DNA from: Nanobdellota archaeon
Lineage (GTDB): Archaea; Nanobdellota; Nanobdellia; Woesearchaeales; JAGWAF01
Assembly: GCA_038046365.1 (NCBI GenBank)
Contig: JBBSWF010000063.1
Span: 1 to 45,795 of the forward strand
Direction: 5' to 3'
DNA: 45,795 nucleotides
Part shown: positions 27,191-36,215 of the stretch, one piece after another
Layout: each line of letters opens with the position of its first letter
Numbering within the stretch: position 1 is the stretch's first letter
The notes under the pieces: generated by a model
Seen by the model: the letters and a program-made list of their open reading frames with translations, nothing else
Told to the model about the DNA's origin: nothing
The model's database searches: none
Translations under genes and position numbers: made by a program

Positions 27191-27766
27191 TCATGCGATC
27201 AGCAAGTCGTCTATTGTCTCTTTCTTGGTGCCTAGGCTCGCTATCTGTATCACGGTCTTGCCGTCATTTTTGTAATGCTTTGTGGCTATCATGCATTTTC
27301 CATCTGGCGATTTCTCGCATTTGGATACCGCGGCGTTGTCCGGCTGTATGTCGCATGCGTCAGGCATGCCGTCATTATCTTTGTCGAACAGGTTTGATCC
27401 AATCGCCTGCTGCTGCGTGTCGTCCTTGGCAGGGGCCTTGGTGTTTGGGTCCATGCAGAAGTCGCAGCTGTCTGCTAGGCAATCTCCATCTTTGTCTTTG
27501 TCAGACGGGACGCAGGATTTGGGAAGTCGCTGTTCTAGGTAGCATATGCTGTCTTTTGTCTTTGCTTCTGTGGGGCTTAGCACTTGGTCCACAGGACCGT
27601 AGCTTCGCATGAATACGACTACAAGGACCACCATCACGACAAGCCCGATTATTGCTGCGATTACGACTCCCCAGCTGAAGTCGCCTCGTTCGCCCATTCC
27701 TAATTGCGGTGGCGTTCTTTGTTGTGGAACTTTTCTTGGTTTCATGGGAGGGGTCTTCCTTGCCAT
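27191..27766 (-). CDS. Pilin-like protein with thrombospondin type 3-like Ca-binding motifs
   Basis: ERG|DFSWGVVIAAIIGLVVMVVL; DKDKDGDCLADSCD and DKDNDGMPDACD. Confidence 0.75.
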   Translation of the reverse strand: MARKTPPMKPRKVPQQRTPPQLGMGERGDFSWGVVIAAIIGLVVMVVLVVVFMRSYGPVDQVLSPTEAKTKDSICYLEQRLPKSCVPSDKDKDGDCLADSCDFCMDPNTKAPAKDDTQQQAIGSNLFDKDNDGMPDACDIQPDNAAVSKCEKSPDGKCMIATKHYKNDGKTVIQIASLGTKKETIDDLLIA

Positions 27767-27770
27767 CGTC

Positions 27771-28025
27771 TCATCTCGCCATGCAGCAGGTTGTGTCTTT
27801 CTCTGCGCAGGTGTTAAATGGCGCGGGCACTGCGCATGGTTGGTCTGTTGGTATGCAAGTGCCGCCTTTTGTGGTGCATGAGGAAGTCTCTTTTGTGAAT
27901 TGTCCGGTCTTTCCTGTGAAAATTATGACTACGACGACAAGCACTATCAGCGCCAGCACCGCGATTATTATAGTATTCAGGCTCAGGCTCTGTGCTTTCT
28001 TTGCTTGTCTCTTCGCGAGCTTCAT
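27771..28025 (-). CDS. Small Cys-rich pilin (paralog of 34733 and 35189)
   Basis: KKA|QSLSLNTIIIAVLALIVLVVVVIIFTG..C..GG.C..CC. Confidence 0.85.
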   Translation of the reverse strand: MKLAKRQAKKAQSLSLNTIIIAVLALIVLVVVVIIFTGKTGQFTKETSSCTTKGGTCIPTDQPCAVPAPFNTCAEKDTTCCMAR

Positions 28026-28056
28026 TGTATTGTGGCTCTTGTTTTGGTGTTTTTAA

Positions 28057-28215
28057 TCATTTGTATGCTGATGTCGGCAGGATACGGATTCGGGGAGATT
28101 CTGTTTGGCGGCCTTCTTCGATTACTTTCTTCATCAAGGCGATCTCCTCTGCAGGTATGTCTTTCCATACGCCCTCCAGCGCCATGAGTCCGCGCTTTTT
28201 TGCGGCCAGCAGCCC
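28057..28215 (-). pseudogene. Probable C-terminal remnant of an archaeal VapB-type antitoxin
   Basis: Frame reads LLAAKKRGLMALEGVWKDIPAEEIALMKKVIEEGR; no N-terminal DNA-binding part and no adjacent toxin. Confidence 0.35.
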
Positions 28216-28244
28216 ACAGGCGTCTTGGATTGAATCGTGTGCGA

Positions 28245-29684
28245 TCAGGCCCCACCTGATTTAGGCAGATCCGGCAGTGTCTTGAAGTTCACGTCGTAGT
28301 ATGCGTCAAAGACCTGTCTTGAGAGCAGGCATCTAAATAGTTCTCCGCTCATGTCTCGGTTGATTGGTGGCGCCGGCTTGTATTTGGGGCATAGAGTGAG
28401 TAGTGTCGCTCGTGTGAGTGCGTTGGCTTTCTCTTCTCCGACATCGGATTTCCCGCTTGATTTGCTAAAGTCTGCGGTCTGCCAGTTGATGTATGATTTT
28501 GATGTGGGGTAGCTCTCGACTTGGATGGTCATCGTGTATTTCTGGCCTTGTGATTCAGCGTCGAACTGCGCGTATTTGTCTATGAGCTCAAGCTTTGGCA
28601 GGGCAGGGGTCTTTGCGAATGTTATTCCATTCCCGCTCGCTTCCCCTGTAATCGTCGGCGCCGGGAGGTAGCTCCAGTCAAGCAGCGCGATGTGGCTGCT
28701 GATCACTCGTGCTGGCTCGCATTTTATCGGTCCGCCGGTGTCAGGGCATGCTTGCACGATCAGGCTGTCGATGAGTGCAGTCGCTGTCACCGTGTTGGCT
28801 TGCATGTCAAGCGGGCTTGTCGGGGGTTTCGCGCTTATCTCTTGCCCGTCGCTTCTTAGCCTGACTAGGATCGGTTTTGTGGGTTCTTCTACGCTCCTTG
28901 ATTCTGTGCTAAGTTCTATGGTGTAGACAGGCAGCGGCTTTCCAGGTCTTGGTCCTAGTCGGATGTCGTATTTGACGTTCCCGCTTGCTGTGTCGATCCT
29001 CGCGTCGTTTGCTGTGAACGTAATGTCTACTCCTGCGATCTGCTCTGCTTCGATCTTGACGTATCGTTGTGTGGCCTGGTCTTTCTCTTTCGCAAAGTGT
29101 GTCTGGTAGTCTGCGGGCTTTGCCGCGAGTGTCGTCAGCAATTGCTTGTATCCTTGTTTCGCTGCCTGCCAGTCGCGAACAGCAAGCTGCGCTAGTTCTC
29201 CTAGTTTTGTCCGGGGACTCTCCTTGAGTTCTCGTTCGGCGTTGGCTATCATCTGTTCCGCTTGAGCCTTATGCGCCCCAGGCGGGATTCTCTTCACGTA
29301 ATCCCTCAGTATTCGCGGCGCTTTCTCGAAGTCGTATTGCTTCATGCGGTGGTCGTATGATGCTTTCGCAGTCGAGAAGTGGGTCTCGTCGTCTAGTTGC
29401 TTCTCGAACTTGCATCCGGTCCATTCATCGTACAATCTTTCCGCTTCGTTTGGCTTCTCTTCCTGGACTGCTGACATCATCGCTTTCTGGATGGAGTCTG
29501 TCGTCCTCTGTCCTGACCCGCAGGTCTCTGGTAGGAGAGAGAATATGGTTTTTGAGCCTCCATAAAGTTTAGGTGAGAAAACCAGAACGAACAAGACCAC
29601 CGTAATCATTAGTATCCATCCGATCAAATGGCCCCACATGAATGATTGACCCTGTTTTTTTCGGTTTGTCTTTGATAGTTTCAT
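28245..29684 (-). CDS. Class III signal peptide protein with helical/TPR-like region
   Basis: RKKQG|QSFMWGHLIGWILMITVVLFVL. Confidence 0.75.
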   Translation of the reverse strand: MKLSKTNRKKQGQSFMWGHLIGWILMITVVLFVLVFSPKLYGGSKTIFSLLPETCGSGQRTTDSIQKAMMSAVQEEKPNEAERLYDEWTGCKFEKQLDDETHFSTAKASYDHRMKQYDFEKAPRILRDYVKRIPPGAHKAQAEQMIANAERELKESPRTKLGELAQLAVRDWQAAKQGYKQLLTTLAAKPADYQTHFAKEKDQATQRYVKIEAEQIAGVDITFTANDARIDTASGNVKYDIRLGPRPGKPLPVYTIELSTESRSVEEPTKPILVRLRSDGQEISAKPPTSPLDMQANTVTATALIDSLIVQACPDTGGPIKCEPARVISSHIALLDWSYLPAPTITGEASGNGITFAKTPALPKLELIDKYAQFDAESQGQKYTMTIQVESYPTSKSYINWQTADFSKSSGKSDVGEEKANALTRATLLTLCPKYKPAPPINRDMSGELFRCLLSRQVFDAYYDVNFKTLPDLPKSGGA

Positions 29685-29704
29685 TTCACAAGTACCTCAT
29701 GATA

Positions 29705-29875
29705 TCAGGTCAACCATTGCATGCCTGCTCCACCCTTGGATAGTGCCCCCGAGAATAGAAGTAAGATGAGTATCATGACAACCAGAAAAATTGCAAGGAT
29801 TATCATCTTGCCAGTATATTCCTGGATCTGCCCTCTCTTGCCTAGTGGTTTGCTTCTCTTTGTGTTCTTTGCCAT
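29705..29875 (-). CDS. 56-aa minimal pilin (not in ORF track)
   Basis: MAKNTKRSKPLGKRG|QIQEYTGKMIILAIFLVVMILILLLFSGALSKGGAGMQWLT, translated by hand. Confidence 0.75.
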   Translation of the reverse strand: MAKNTKRSKPLGKRGQIQEYTGKMIILAIFLVVMILILLLFSGALSKGGAGMQWLT

Positions 29876-29922
29876 GTCCTCTCACGTCGGTTGTTTGGTT
29901 AATAATCTTTGTCCTTTCAAGC

Positions 29923-30885
29923 TCACCTGCTTTCTACCGGCAGTTCCTGGCATCCGAGTTTCTTAAATGATTCTGGTTCGTAGGGGACTATCCTTGTGAA
30001 TGCCATCCATTGGGGCTTGTCTGAGAATGCGCTAAATGTGTACATCGATAATCCTCCTGCCGTGATTGTCGACAGCCCTGCGGTGATCCATCCGACAGGT
30101 CCTGCTCCGAACATTATGAATGGCGCTGCTGCTCCTGCCGCTCCTCCGATGACCCCGACTGACACTTGTCCGATCTCTCGTCCTCCGCTTCCGGGAACGT
30201 TTGGTGATAGGAAGTCTTTGATGCGGTTCATCGAGTCCTCTCCTCGTGCGTAGACTATCACTGCCGCGTATCTCTTTGATGTGTCTTCAATCTCGACTGC
30301 GGCTCCTCCTTCTTTGGAGTTGTACAAGGCGGTGTTCTCAAGATAATCTCGGAAGTGTGGAGTCTCATATCCGGCTAGATAGTCAAGGAAAGATATCTTC
30401 TTGTTCGGCACGCTTGTCCTCCCTAGATAGTCTGTCAAGCCGGTTATTTTGCCTTTCTTGTCTCCAAAGTCTATCCACCCGCACATGCCGCAGTACACGT
30501 TCTGCCGCGCGAACAGGTCTAGTTTTCCTTGTCCGTAGTCGTCCCAGCAGTTGTACACCGCCTTGGCCAACCGCGCTTTTGCCGCCTCTTGCCCTTTCTC
30601 CGACGACAAAGATTCATCGATGGTGATGTGCTCAGGCACGCATTTTATGCTTCCGCGGAATGCCTCAAGAGGTTTTCCCGCGTGCAGGTACACGCTTTGT
30701 TTGCACATCTCGTGCAATCCTGCGGGGCTGATCGCTGGCCATATTTTTCCGCCGAACACAAGAAGCAGTATCAGCATGCTTACTGCAAAGAGCACAAGCG
30801 TCCCTACCGCTTCGGTGGTTAGTCCTTTCTTTGCGCAGGGTCTGCATTTTGTCGATGCGGATCGTTTGTTCTTTGGTCTGCTCAT
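29923..30885 (-). CDS. Pilin-like protein with Cys-rich domain and late glycine-zipper segment
   Basis: AKKG|LTTEAVGTLVLFAV; CKQS/IKC/NCW/CGMC; GVIGGAAGAAAPFIMFGAGPVGWITAGL. Confidence 0.78.
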   Translation of the reverse strand: MSRPKNKRSASTKCRPCAKKGLTTEAVGTLVLFAVSMLILLLVFGGKIWPAISPAGLHEMCKQSVYLHAGKPLEAFRGSIKCVPEHITIDESLSSEKGQEAAKARLAKAVYNCWDDYGQGKLDLFARQNVYCGMCGWIDFGDKKGKITGLTDYLGRTSVPNKKISFLDYLAGYETPHFRDYLENTALYNSKEGGAAVEIEDTSKRYAAVIVYARGEDSMNRIKDFLSPNVPGSGGREIGQVSVGVIGGAAGAAAPFIMFGAGPVGWITAGLSTITAGGLSMYTFSAFSDKPQWMAFTRIVPYEPESFKKLGCQELPVESR

Positions 30886-30894
30886 CGTCTGCCT

Positions 30895-31668
30895 TCACGC
30901 GGTATTTATGCCCGGGAGTTTGGTTCCGGGATCTCTTTGTTGCAAGAATCGGTCGCATGCCAGGTTTCCTGCGTCTGATTGGCTCACTACTGCCATGGTG
31001 TTTCCATTGCCTTTGCCAAAGCTTACCATGTAATGCGCTGATCCTGCGTCGATTGTCTTTGATTCCGTCGCGCCGTCGAGCATCCCCAATGGCGCTGGCA
31101 GCGGCACGATGCCAGGTTTTGTGAGCGTGTAGAAGAGGTTGTCAAGGGGATCCGCTCCTGCGCTCTGCCAGCTTGTGTCGATGAACTCCTTGTATGTCTT
31201 GCCTGGCGCGTTTATCATTGTTTGTCCAGACATGAATTCTTTCAAGTCGGCGACTATCACGGTCTTGTCTGTTGTGAAGCTCGAGCATAGTATGCAAAAT
31301 GAGTCTCCTGTCTCAAGTCCGAGTTTCTCTCGTACGTAGCCTTCTTCTGTCCTGGCAAGTCCGTTGTTCCGACCGTTTGTCTTTGCCCAGCATGTGCGGA
31401 CAAGTTCAGCGACCTGTCTCTTGTCCGAATCTATGTTTCCGCTAAGGTCAAAGTGCGGCGCAGGGCATCTTATTTGGGGTTTGATCACGTCATATGTGGC
31501 TTTTGTGGCGGTGGTGAAGACCGATATGCTGTATTGGCATGCCTTGATCTCGCCTTCGCTCTGTATCCATTCCGACCATCTCCCGACGAACAAGAGTAGT
31601 GTTATGGCTGCTATCGCGATTATGATCGTCTCTGCTGTCGTCCCGAGTATCTGTGCTTGTCGTGCCAT
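30895..31668 (-). CDS. Pilin-like protein, paralog of 29923-30885
   Basis: MARQA|QILGTTAETIIIAIAAI; same Cys spacing (CQYS/IRC/TCW/CILC). Confidence 0.75.
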   Translation of the reverse strand: MARQAQILGTTAETIIIAIAAITLLLFVGRWSEWIQSEGEIKACQYSISVFTTATKATYDVIKPQIRCPAPHFDLSGNIDSDKRQVAELVRTCWAKTNGRNNGLARTEEGYVREKLGLETGDSFCILCSSFTTDKTVIVADLKEFMSGQTMINAPGKTYKEFIDTSWQSAGADPLDNLFYTLTKPGIVPLPAPLGMLDGATESKTIDAGSAHYMVSFGKGNGNTMAVVSQSDAGNLACDRFLQQRDPGTKLPGINTA

Positions 31669-31671
31669 GGT

Positions 31672-31788
31672 TCACCCAAGACCGATGCCCAGCATCTTGG
31701 ATAATAGGAATAGGATGATGATCGCTATTATCGCTGTAAGGATTATCTTTCCAAGGGTTTCTGTGGGCATCTCAAGCAGCGTGGCCAT
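31672..31788 (-). CDS. 38-aa pilin-like single-helix peptide (not in ORF track)
   Basis: MATLLEMPTETLGKIILTAIIAIIILFLLSKMLGIGLG; TTTAAATA box about 25 nt upstream; stop lies just before the next ATG. Confidence 0.65.
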   Translation of the reverse strand: MATLLEMPTETLGKIILTAIIAIIILFLLSKMLGIGLG

Positions 31789-31882
31789 ATCGTCTATTCT
31801 CGATATTGGTTATTTAAAATGTTCGGGCGTGTCAACTGCTCTGCCTGCGCGGGGATTATAGGTCCGGCTCAAACGTCTGGTC

Positions 31883-32167
31883 TTATGCGTAGAATCTGCA
31901 ATTTGGGTCAGCGTATGGTCCTGATGCGTACAGCCATACTCCAGGATATCTGCATTGCACCTTCGCCCATTGGTCGGTTGTTTCCGGGATAGGTATGCAT
32001 CTTGTGTTGCTTGTGATTCCCATTGAGTTGAAGTAGCACGACATGCCGACTGCGGCGGTCTGTGTGGCCATTCCAGTCGGCGTCGCTTGCTGGAGAAAGA
32101 CAAGTCCCGCGACTGCGACTACGCCTACTAATGCCATGACGATGAGATGGTTATGGTGGGTTGCCAT
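31883..32167 (-). CDS. Small secreted or membrane Cys-containing protein
   Basis: TM LIVMALVGVVAVAGLVFL followed by TPTGMAT, a motif common after TMs in DPANN surface proteins; 4 Cys. Confidence 0.65.
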   Translation of the reverse strand: MATHHNHLIVMALVGVVAVAGLVFLQQATPTGMATQTAAVGMSCYFNSMGITSNTRCIPIPETTDQWAKVQCRYPGVWLYASGPYADPNCRFYA

Positions 32168-32247
32168 TTGGTTTCGCCTCGATTGTTTTTCTGGGTGTTG
32201 GAGTTTATTCCCAGGATTTGGGTATAATAATGTTTCGTGGTCTTGGA

Positions 32248-32616
32248 TTACTTGATGAATTCTACGCCGCGCATCCCGTTGAATGCTCGGTCTCCGGTTA
32301 AGAACTGCATGTTTCGGCTGCGGGCTACCATGTACCCGAGGCAGTCTGCGTATGAGAGGTCTTTCTTTTTGTTCTCTTGGCGAAATATCATGGCTTGTCG
32401 GGTCTCTTCTTTTGTCGGTGAAGTCACAATGGGGTACAATGTGTCGAGGATTTTGTCCGCGGTTTCCCGGCCGGCTTCGTTTAAGATTGAGTAGTAGACT
32501 TCAAGAAGGTTCAGTGGGGTCATGATGCCGCTGTGTGTCTCGAAGTATTCTCTAAAGGATGGATTGTCACGCACATATTCTATTATTGCGTAGCTGTCAT
32601 AGAAGTATGTGGTCAT
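32248..32616 (-). CDS. vapC: PIN-domain toxin (VapC family)
   Basis: YFYDSYAIIE, NLLEVY, LSYADC and FLTGD. Confidence 0.92.
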   Translation of the reverse strand: MTTYFYDSYAIIEYVRDNPSFREYFETHSGIMTPLNLLEVYYSILNEAGRETADKILDTLYPIVTSPTKEETRQAMIFRQENKKKDLSYADCLGYMVARSRNMQFLTGDRAFNGMRGVEFIK

Positions 32617-32822
32617 TTCCAGCCCTTCCTCATCTCATCTTTGAGCTGCTGGGTTGGCTTCTTGAGGTGCACAAGGCCCCGGATGGATTTTAGGTCAGCT
32701 GATTTTCGTATTTCCACAATGACGTGCTGGTTCTCTTCGAGTCCTTCCTCGTCCACTACTTCTTTTGGTATCGTGATTCCAAGGGAATTGCCCCATTTGC
32801 GCGTCATGGTTTCTATGGCCAT
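32613..32822 (-). CDS. vapB: AbrB/MazE-type antitoxin, 69 aa
   Basis: RKWGNSLGITIPKEVV; start reassigned to ATG 32822; ATGA overlap with the toxin. Confidence 0.9.
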   Translation of the reverse strand: MAIETMTRKWGNSLGITIPKEVVDEEGLEENQHVIVEIRKSADLKSIRGLVHLKKPTQQLKDEMRKGWK

Positions 32823-32903
32823 GAAGATAATTAGGAGATAATTATATTTAAGTCTTTCGTTCCCGACGTCGTGTTTTAATAGTGGCGTGTCTTCCGAATC
32901 AAT

Positions 32904-33833
32904 ATGGCAGGGAACGATCGCATCCTCATCTTCGGCGCAGGTTACGTCGCTGGGAAATTCGCTGATCACTTTAGTGGCAGCGCTCTAAAAGACAAGCCTG
33001 CCTGTCTCATCACGAAAGCTGACATCGCCGATCCTGTCCAGGTCGACAAGTCTATCTCAGAGTTCAAGCCGTCTATTGCTATCAACTGTGCTGGCAAGAC
33101 CGGCCGTCCGAACATCGATTGGTGCGAGGATGGCTCGTTCGACCGCTCAAAGGGCCAGTCTTGGCTTGACTCGAACCGGGGCCAGACTTGGCGGTCCAAC
33201 GTGCTTGGCCCACAGATATTAGCAGAGCGCTGCCAGAAAGCTGGAGTATTCCTTGCCCACGTCGGTTCCGGCTGCGTCTACGAGGGAGACAACAAAGGAA
33301 AAGGTTTCGCTGAGGATGATGAGCCTAACTTCTTTGGCAGTTTCTATTCTAGGACCAAGATTCTCTCCGAAAAGTCTCTTTCGATGATGTCTGAGAAAGA
33401 CGGCGCGAAAGTCCTCCAGCTTCGTCTGCGCATGCCTCTTGATTCGATGCCAGGTCCAAGGAACTTCATCACCAAGATCGCGAGCTACAAGCAGGTTATC
33501 TCGATCCCGAATAGCATCAGCGTGATGGATGATTTCGTCAATGCCTCGTCCGCGCTCATCGCCATGCGTGCCACCGGTATCTATAATGTGGTCAACCCAA
33601 ACCCCATCACTCACGCTCAGATCCTCGATCTCTACAAGGAGATTGTCGACAAGGATTTCAAGTATGAGATCATCTCTCTCGACAAGCTTCACTCTATGAC
33701 CGCCGCGAAGCGCTCTAACTGTGTCCTTTCGACGAGAAAACTGGAAATCAAACTAAGAGAAGCGGGTATCGTGATGCCTCCTGTAATAGAAGCGGTCAGG
33801 GGCGCCTTGCTCAAGTATGCTGGATTTTCTTAG
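32904..33833 (+). CDS. NDP-4-keto-6-deoxyglucose epimerase/reductase (RmlD / NRS-ER-like SDR)
   Basis: ILIFGAGYVA, NCAGKTGRPNIDWCE, YSRTK (YxxxK) and LRLRMP. Confidence 0.9.
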   Translation: MAGNDRILIFGAGYVAGKFADHFSGSALKDKPACLITKADIADPVQVDKSISEFKPSIAINCAGKTGRPNIDWCEDGSFDRSKGQSWLDSNRGQTWRSNVLGPQILAERCQKAGVFLAHVGSGCVYEGDNKGKGFAEDDEPNFFGSFYSRTKILSEKSLSMMSEKDGAKVLQLRLRMPLDSMPGPRNFITKIASYKQVISIPNSISVMDDFVNASSALIAMRATGIYNVVNPNPITHAQILDLYKEIVDKDFKYEIISLDKLHSMTAAKRSNCVLSTRKLEIKLREAGIVMPPVIEAVRGALLKYAGFS

Positions 33834-34653
33834 CGCGTCGCCTTGGCGCTCTCATCCGTTCGAGTTTTTCGTATCGTTGGATGGCTTCATCGAGGGGGAT
33901 TCGTCTTTCCCAATGGCCTGCCTTGCCACCGTACTCATCGATTAATACCAGGGCCGGTGTGTGCTCGATGCCGTAATGGTCTGCTTCTCGGAATTTTTTT
34001 CCCAGCACATTCATCGATTCTACGCTATAAGACTGCCGCTCCAGCTCTTTCTGGATCTCTTTGTGATTCTTTCCGGTCCCATCGTGGAACAGAAGGAATC
34101 GGTAGTGTCTTGCGTTCTTATGCGCCTTCTTTCCTGATACCGACTCACGATATCCGACGACGGTTTTCTTGAGCGTCTCTGTGAGATGATTATATGCCTT
34201 CCTGTCGCCGATTAGCGCGAGTGCGATGGTTCGGGCATCGCCTTCAAGCCCGTTGGCGATCGTTGTGGCGTCTTTGGATTTCGGATGTCTGGCAATATAG
34301 GCGAGGATGGACGCTTCTGTGCCGTCCTGGATATACCGGTCCCTTGCGTCCAGGATGATGTGCAAATCAATGCTTAGATCGGCCCGCATTCGGAGCAGTC
34401 CACTGATGAATGACTCCTCGGTTCCGGGCTGTAGGCGGGCTTCGTATATTGCGCAATCCCCGATCCATTGCGGCAGGTCATTACCGAGATCGCGTGCAGC
34501 TTGGCTCCTGTTTTGAGATGATTCATAATGCCATACTGACCGGATAGTGCCGGATGATTGGGTTTCTTGGATATACTGGTCAAGGGTGCGCTCGACCTTC
34601 TTGCTGTATGGATGGACATAGAATCTGATGTCTGCTGCCCGGTGTTTTTCCAT
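33811..34653 (-). CDS. Hypothetical protein with C-terminal thioredoxin-like remnant
   Basis: EADHYGIEHTPALVLIDEYG cis-Pro segment; no CxxC. Confidence 0.5.
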   Translation of the reverse strand: MEKHRAADIRFYVHPYSKKVERTLDQYIQETQSSGTIRSVWHYESSQNRSQAARDLGNDLPQWIGDCAIYEARLQPGTEESFISGLLRMRADLSIDLHIILDARDRYIQDGTEASILAYIARHPKSKDATTIANGLEGDARTIALALIGDRKAYNHLTETLKKTVVGYRESVSGKKAHKNARHYRFLLFHDGTGKNHKEIQKELERQSYSVESMNVLGKKFREADHYGIEHTPALVLIDEYGGKAGHWERRIPLDEAIQRYEKLERMRAPRRRAKKIQHT

Positions 34654-34732
34654 GAGTCATGGGATGCTGAGGATGTATTAATCAATTTCGATGGGATTAG
34701 CGGCAGAGCCAGATGGTAGGCGATGAATCCGC

Positions 34733-35158
34733 TCACGCAACATTCCCAGGTATTCTCGGCGCGTCAGATGGTATTCTTGCTCCGATGCAGCAGCTCATTC
34801 CACCGTGGCTTGCGACGTCGGCTGGATAGGTTGGGTTCGCTGCTGTCTGTCCTGCTGCGCACGGCTCGTTCTGCCATCGTCCTCCAAGTGAGCTCACTCC
34901 GGTGGGATAGATGAGCGAGTTCTCGCACACTGTTCCTCCTTGCACGTCTGTCGTGCCTTTGGTGAACTTTCCGGTCTGCCCTGTGAATATCACAATCAAT
35001 ACCACAAGGACGATCAGTCCTAGCACTGCTATGATTATCGTGTTGATGCTCATGCCCTGGCCTTTGCGGTCATGTGAGCAGGACTCTTCGCACGAAGAGC
35101 AAGAAGATTTAGATGATCTGCCGGCCCGCTTGGCCTTTGTTGAGGATTTTTTTGCCAT
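34733..35158 (-). CDS. Cys-rich pilin
   Basis: RKG|QGMSINTIIIAVLGLIVLVVLIVIFTGQTGKFT..LGGRWQ.EPC..CC. Confidence 0.85.
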   Translation of the reverse strand: MAKKSSTKAKRAGRSSKSSCSSCEESCSHDRKGQGMSINTIIIAVLGLIVLVVLIVIFTGQTGKFTKGTTDVQGGTVCENSLIYPTGVSSLGGRWQNEPCAAGQTAANPTYPADVASHGGMSCCIGARIPSDAPRIPGNVA

Positions 35159-35188
35159 TTTGATGGATCCATGTTATTCTTTAAAAAA

Positions 35189-35518
35189 TCATTTAGCGCA
35201 GCAGTTCTGTCCAGCGTGTGTCCTGACGTCGTCTGGGTTGGAGACTCCAAGCAATTGCTTTCCTAGCGGGCAGGGGTCTGCTTGCCAGCTTCCGCCAAGC
35301 CCTTTGGGTGAGGCGTCGATGCAGGTGAGTCCTGTTTTCTCTTTCTCGACTCCGCTTGTCCATTTGCCCATTTGTCCGGTGAAGATGGCGACTAGCACCA
35401 CCAGGACTATGAGTCCAATCGCCGCGACGATTATGGTCGATATTGACATGCCTTGTCCGGTCTCTGTCCTGCCTCGTCTTGGCGCGACTGAGCGTCGTGA
35501 TGATGATTTCTTTGCCAT
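35189..35518 (-). CDS. Cys-rich pilin, tandem paralog
   Basis: TG|QGMSISTIIVAAIGLIVLVVLVAIFTGQMGKWT..LGGSWQADPC..CC. Confidence 0.85.
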   Translation of the reverse strand: MAKKSSSRRSVAPRRGRTETGQGMSISTIIVAAIGLIVLVVLVAIFTGQMGKWTSGVEKEKTGLTCIDASPKGLGGSWQADPCPLGKQLLGVSNPDDVRTHAGQNCCAK

Positions 35519-35633
35519 ATTGGTTCACCCCGTATGGAATACGATGTTGTCCTCGATTGGTCGGGAATCGGGTATAAAAGGTTTTCTGAGTGCGATCGGA
35601 CTCCTTTATAAACCGATGATGATTGTTGAATTG

Positions 35634-36200
35634 ATGGATTTTATCTGCTCCGCGGCGAGGACAATTATTATCCAGTCTTCCGAGGGCAAGCGAAGGAACT
35701 CTTTGGTCTGTTTGATGGACGATCCTTATTGTTTGATGATCGAGACGGCTGGCTGGCTCGATCCGGCGAAGTGCCAGCACGAGTATATGCTTCGTAATTA
35801 TTATGGAGTAGCGATGGATGCTGATCCTTATTATTTCGTCCCCCTTGTCCGGTTGGACACGTTGGATTCGCGTCCGAGTGTGGGGAGCTGTTTCTATGGT
35901 CGGGTATCATTCGTTGAGGTAGCGTGCCCTTCTGATTATATCAAGCACCCGGAGATGTTTCCCAAGGCGGTATCAGGTGATTCAGCCGTCGTTTCCGGGA
36001 GGGATATTATCGCGCGGGAGATATATTATATGTCGCATCCGATAGTCTCTATCGAAAGTTTGGACATCTCGGATCTGAGGTCAGGACTGATTTTCTCGCC
36101 GGAATCGAGGGGGCCTCATTTGTATAAGGCATTAAGCGATGCGATCGACTCTCGCAAGAAGGAGATTCTCAGGGGAGTCGACCGGTCTCGGATAAACTGA
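35634..36200 (+). CDS. Hypothetical protein
   Basis: 3' part of ORF 34911-36200; TTTATAAA at about 35606-35613 precedes ATG 35634; start uncertain. Confidence 0.5.
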   Translation: MDFICSAARTIIIQSSEGKRRNSLVCLMDDPYCLMIETAGWLDPAKCQHEYMLRNYYGVAMDADPYYFVPLVRLDTLDSRPSVGSCFYGRVSFVEVACPSDYIKHPEMFPKAVSGDSAVVSGRDIIAREIYYMSHPIVSIESLDISDLRSGLIFSPESRGPHLYKALSDAIDSRKKEILRGVDRSRIN

Positions 36201-36215
36201 AAAATCCGGAAGAAT

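Noticed and set aside
32823-32969. N-terminal extension of the antitoxin ORF
   Set aside because: Overlaps the divergent promoter and the reductase start; the AbrB domain begins at ATG 32822.
34911-35633. N-terminal half of the 429-aa plus-strand ORF
   Set aside because: Antisense to two clear pilin genes; only the 3' part is likely coding.
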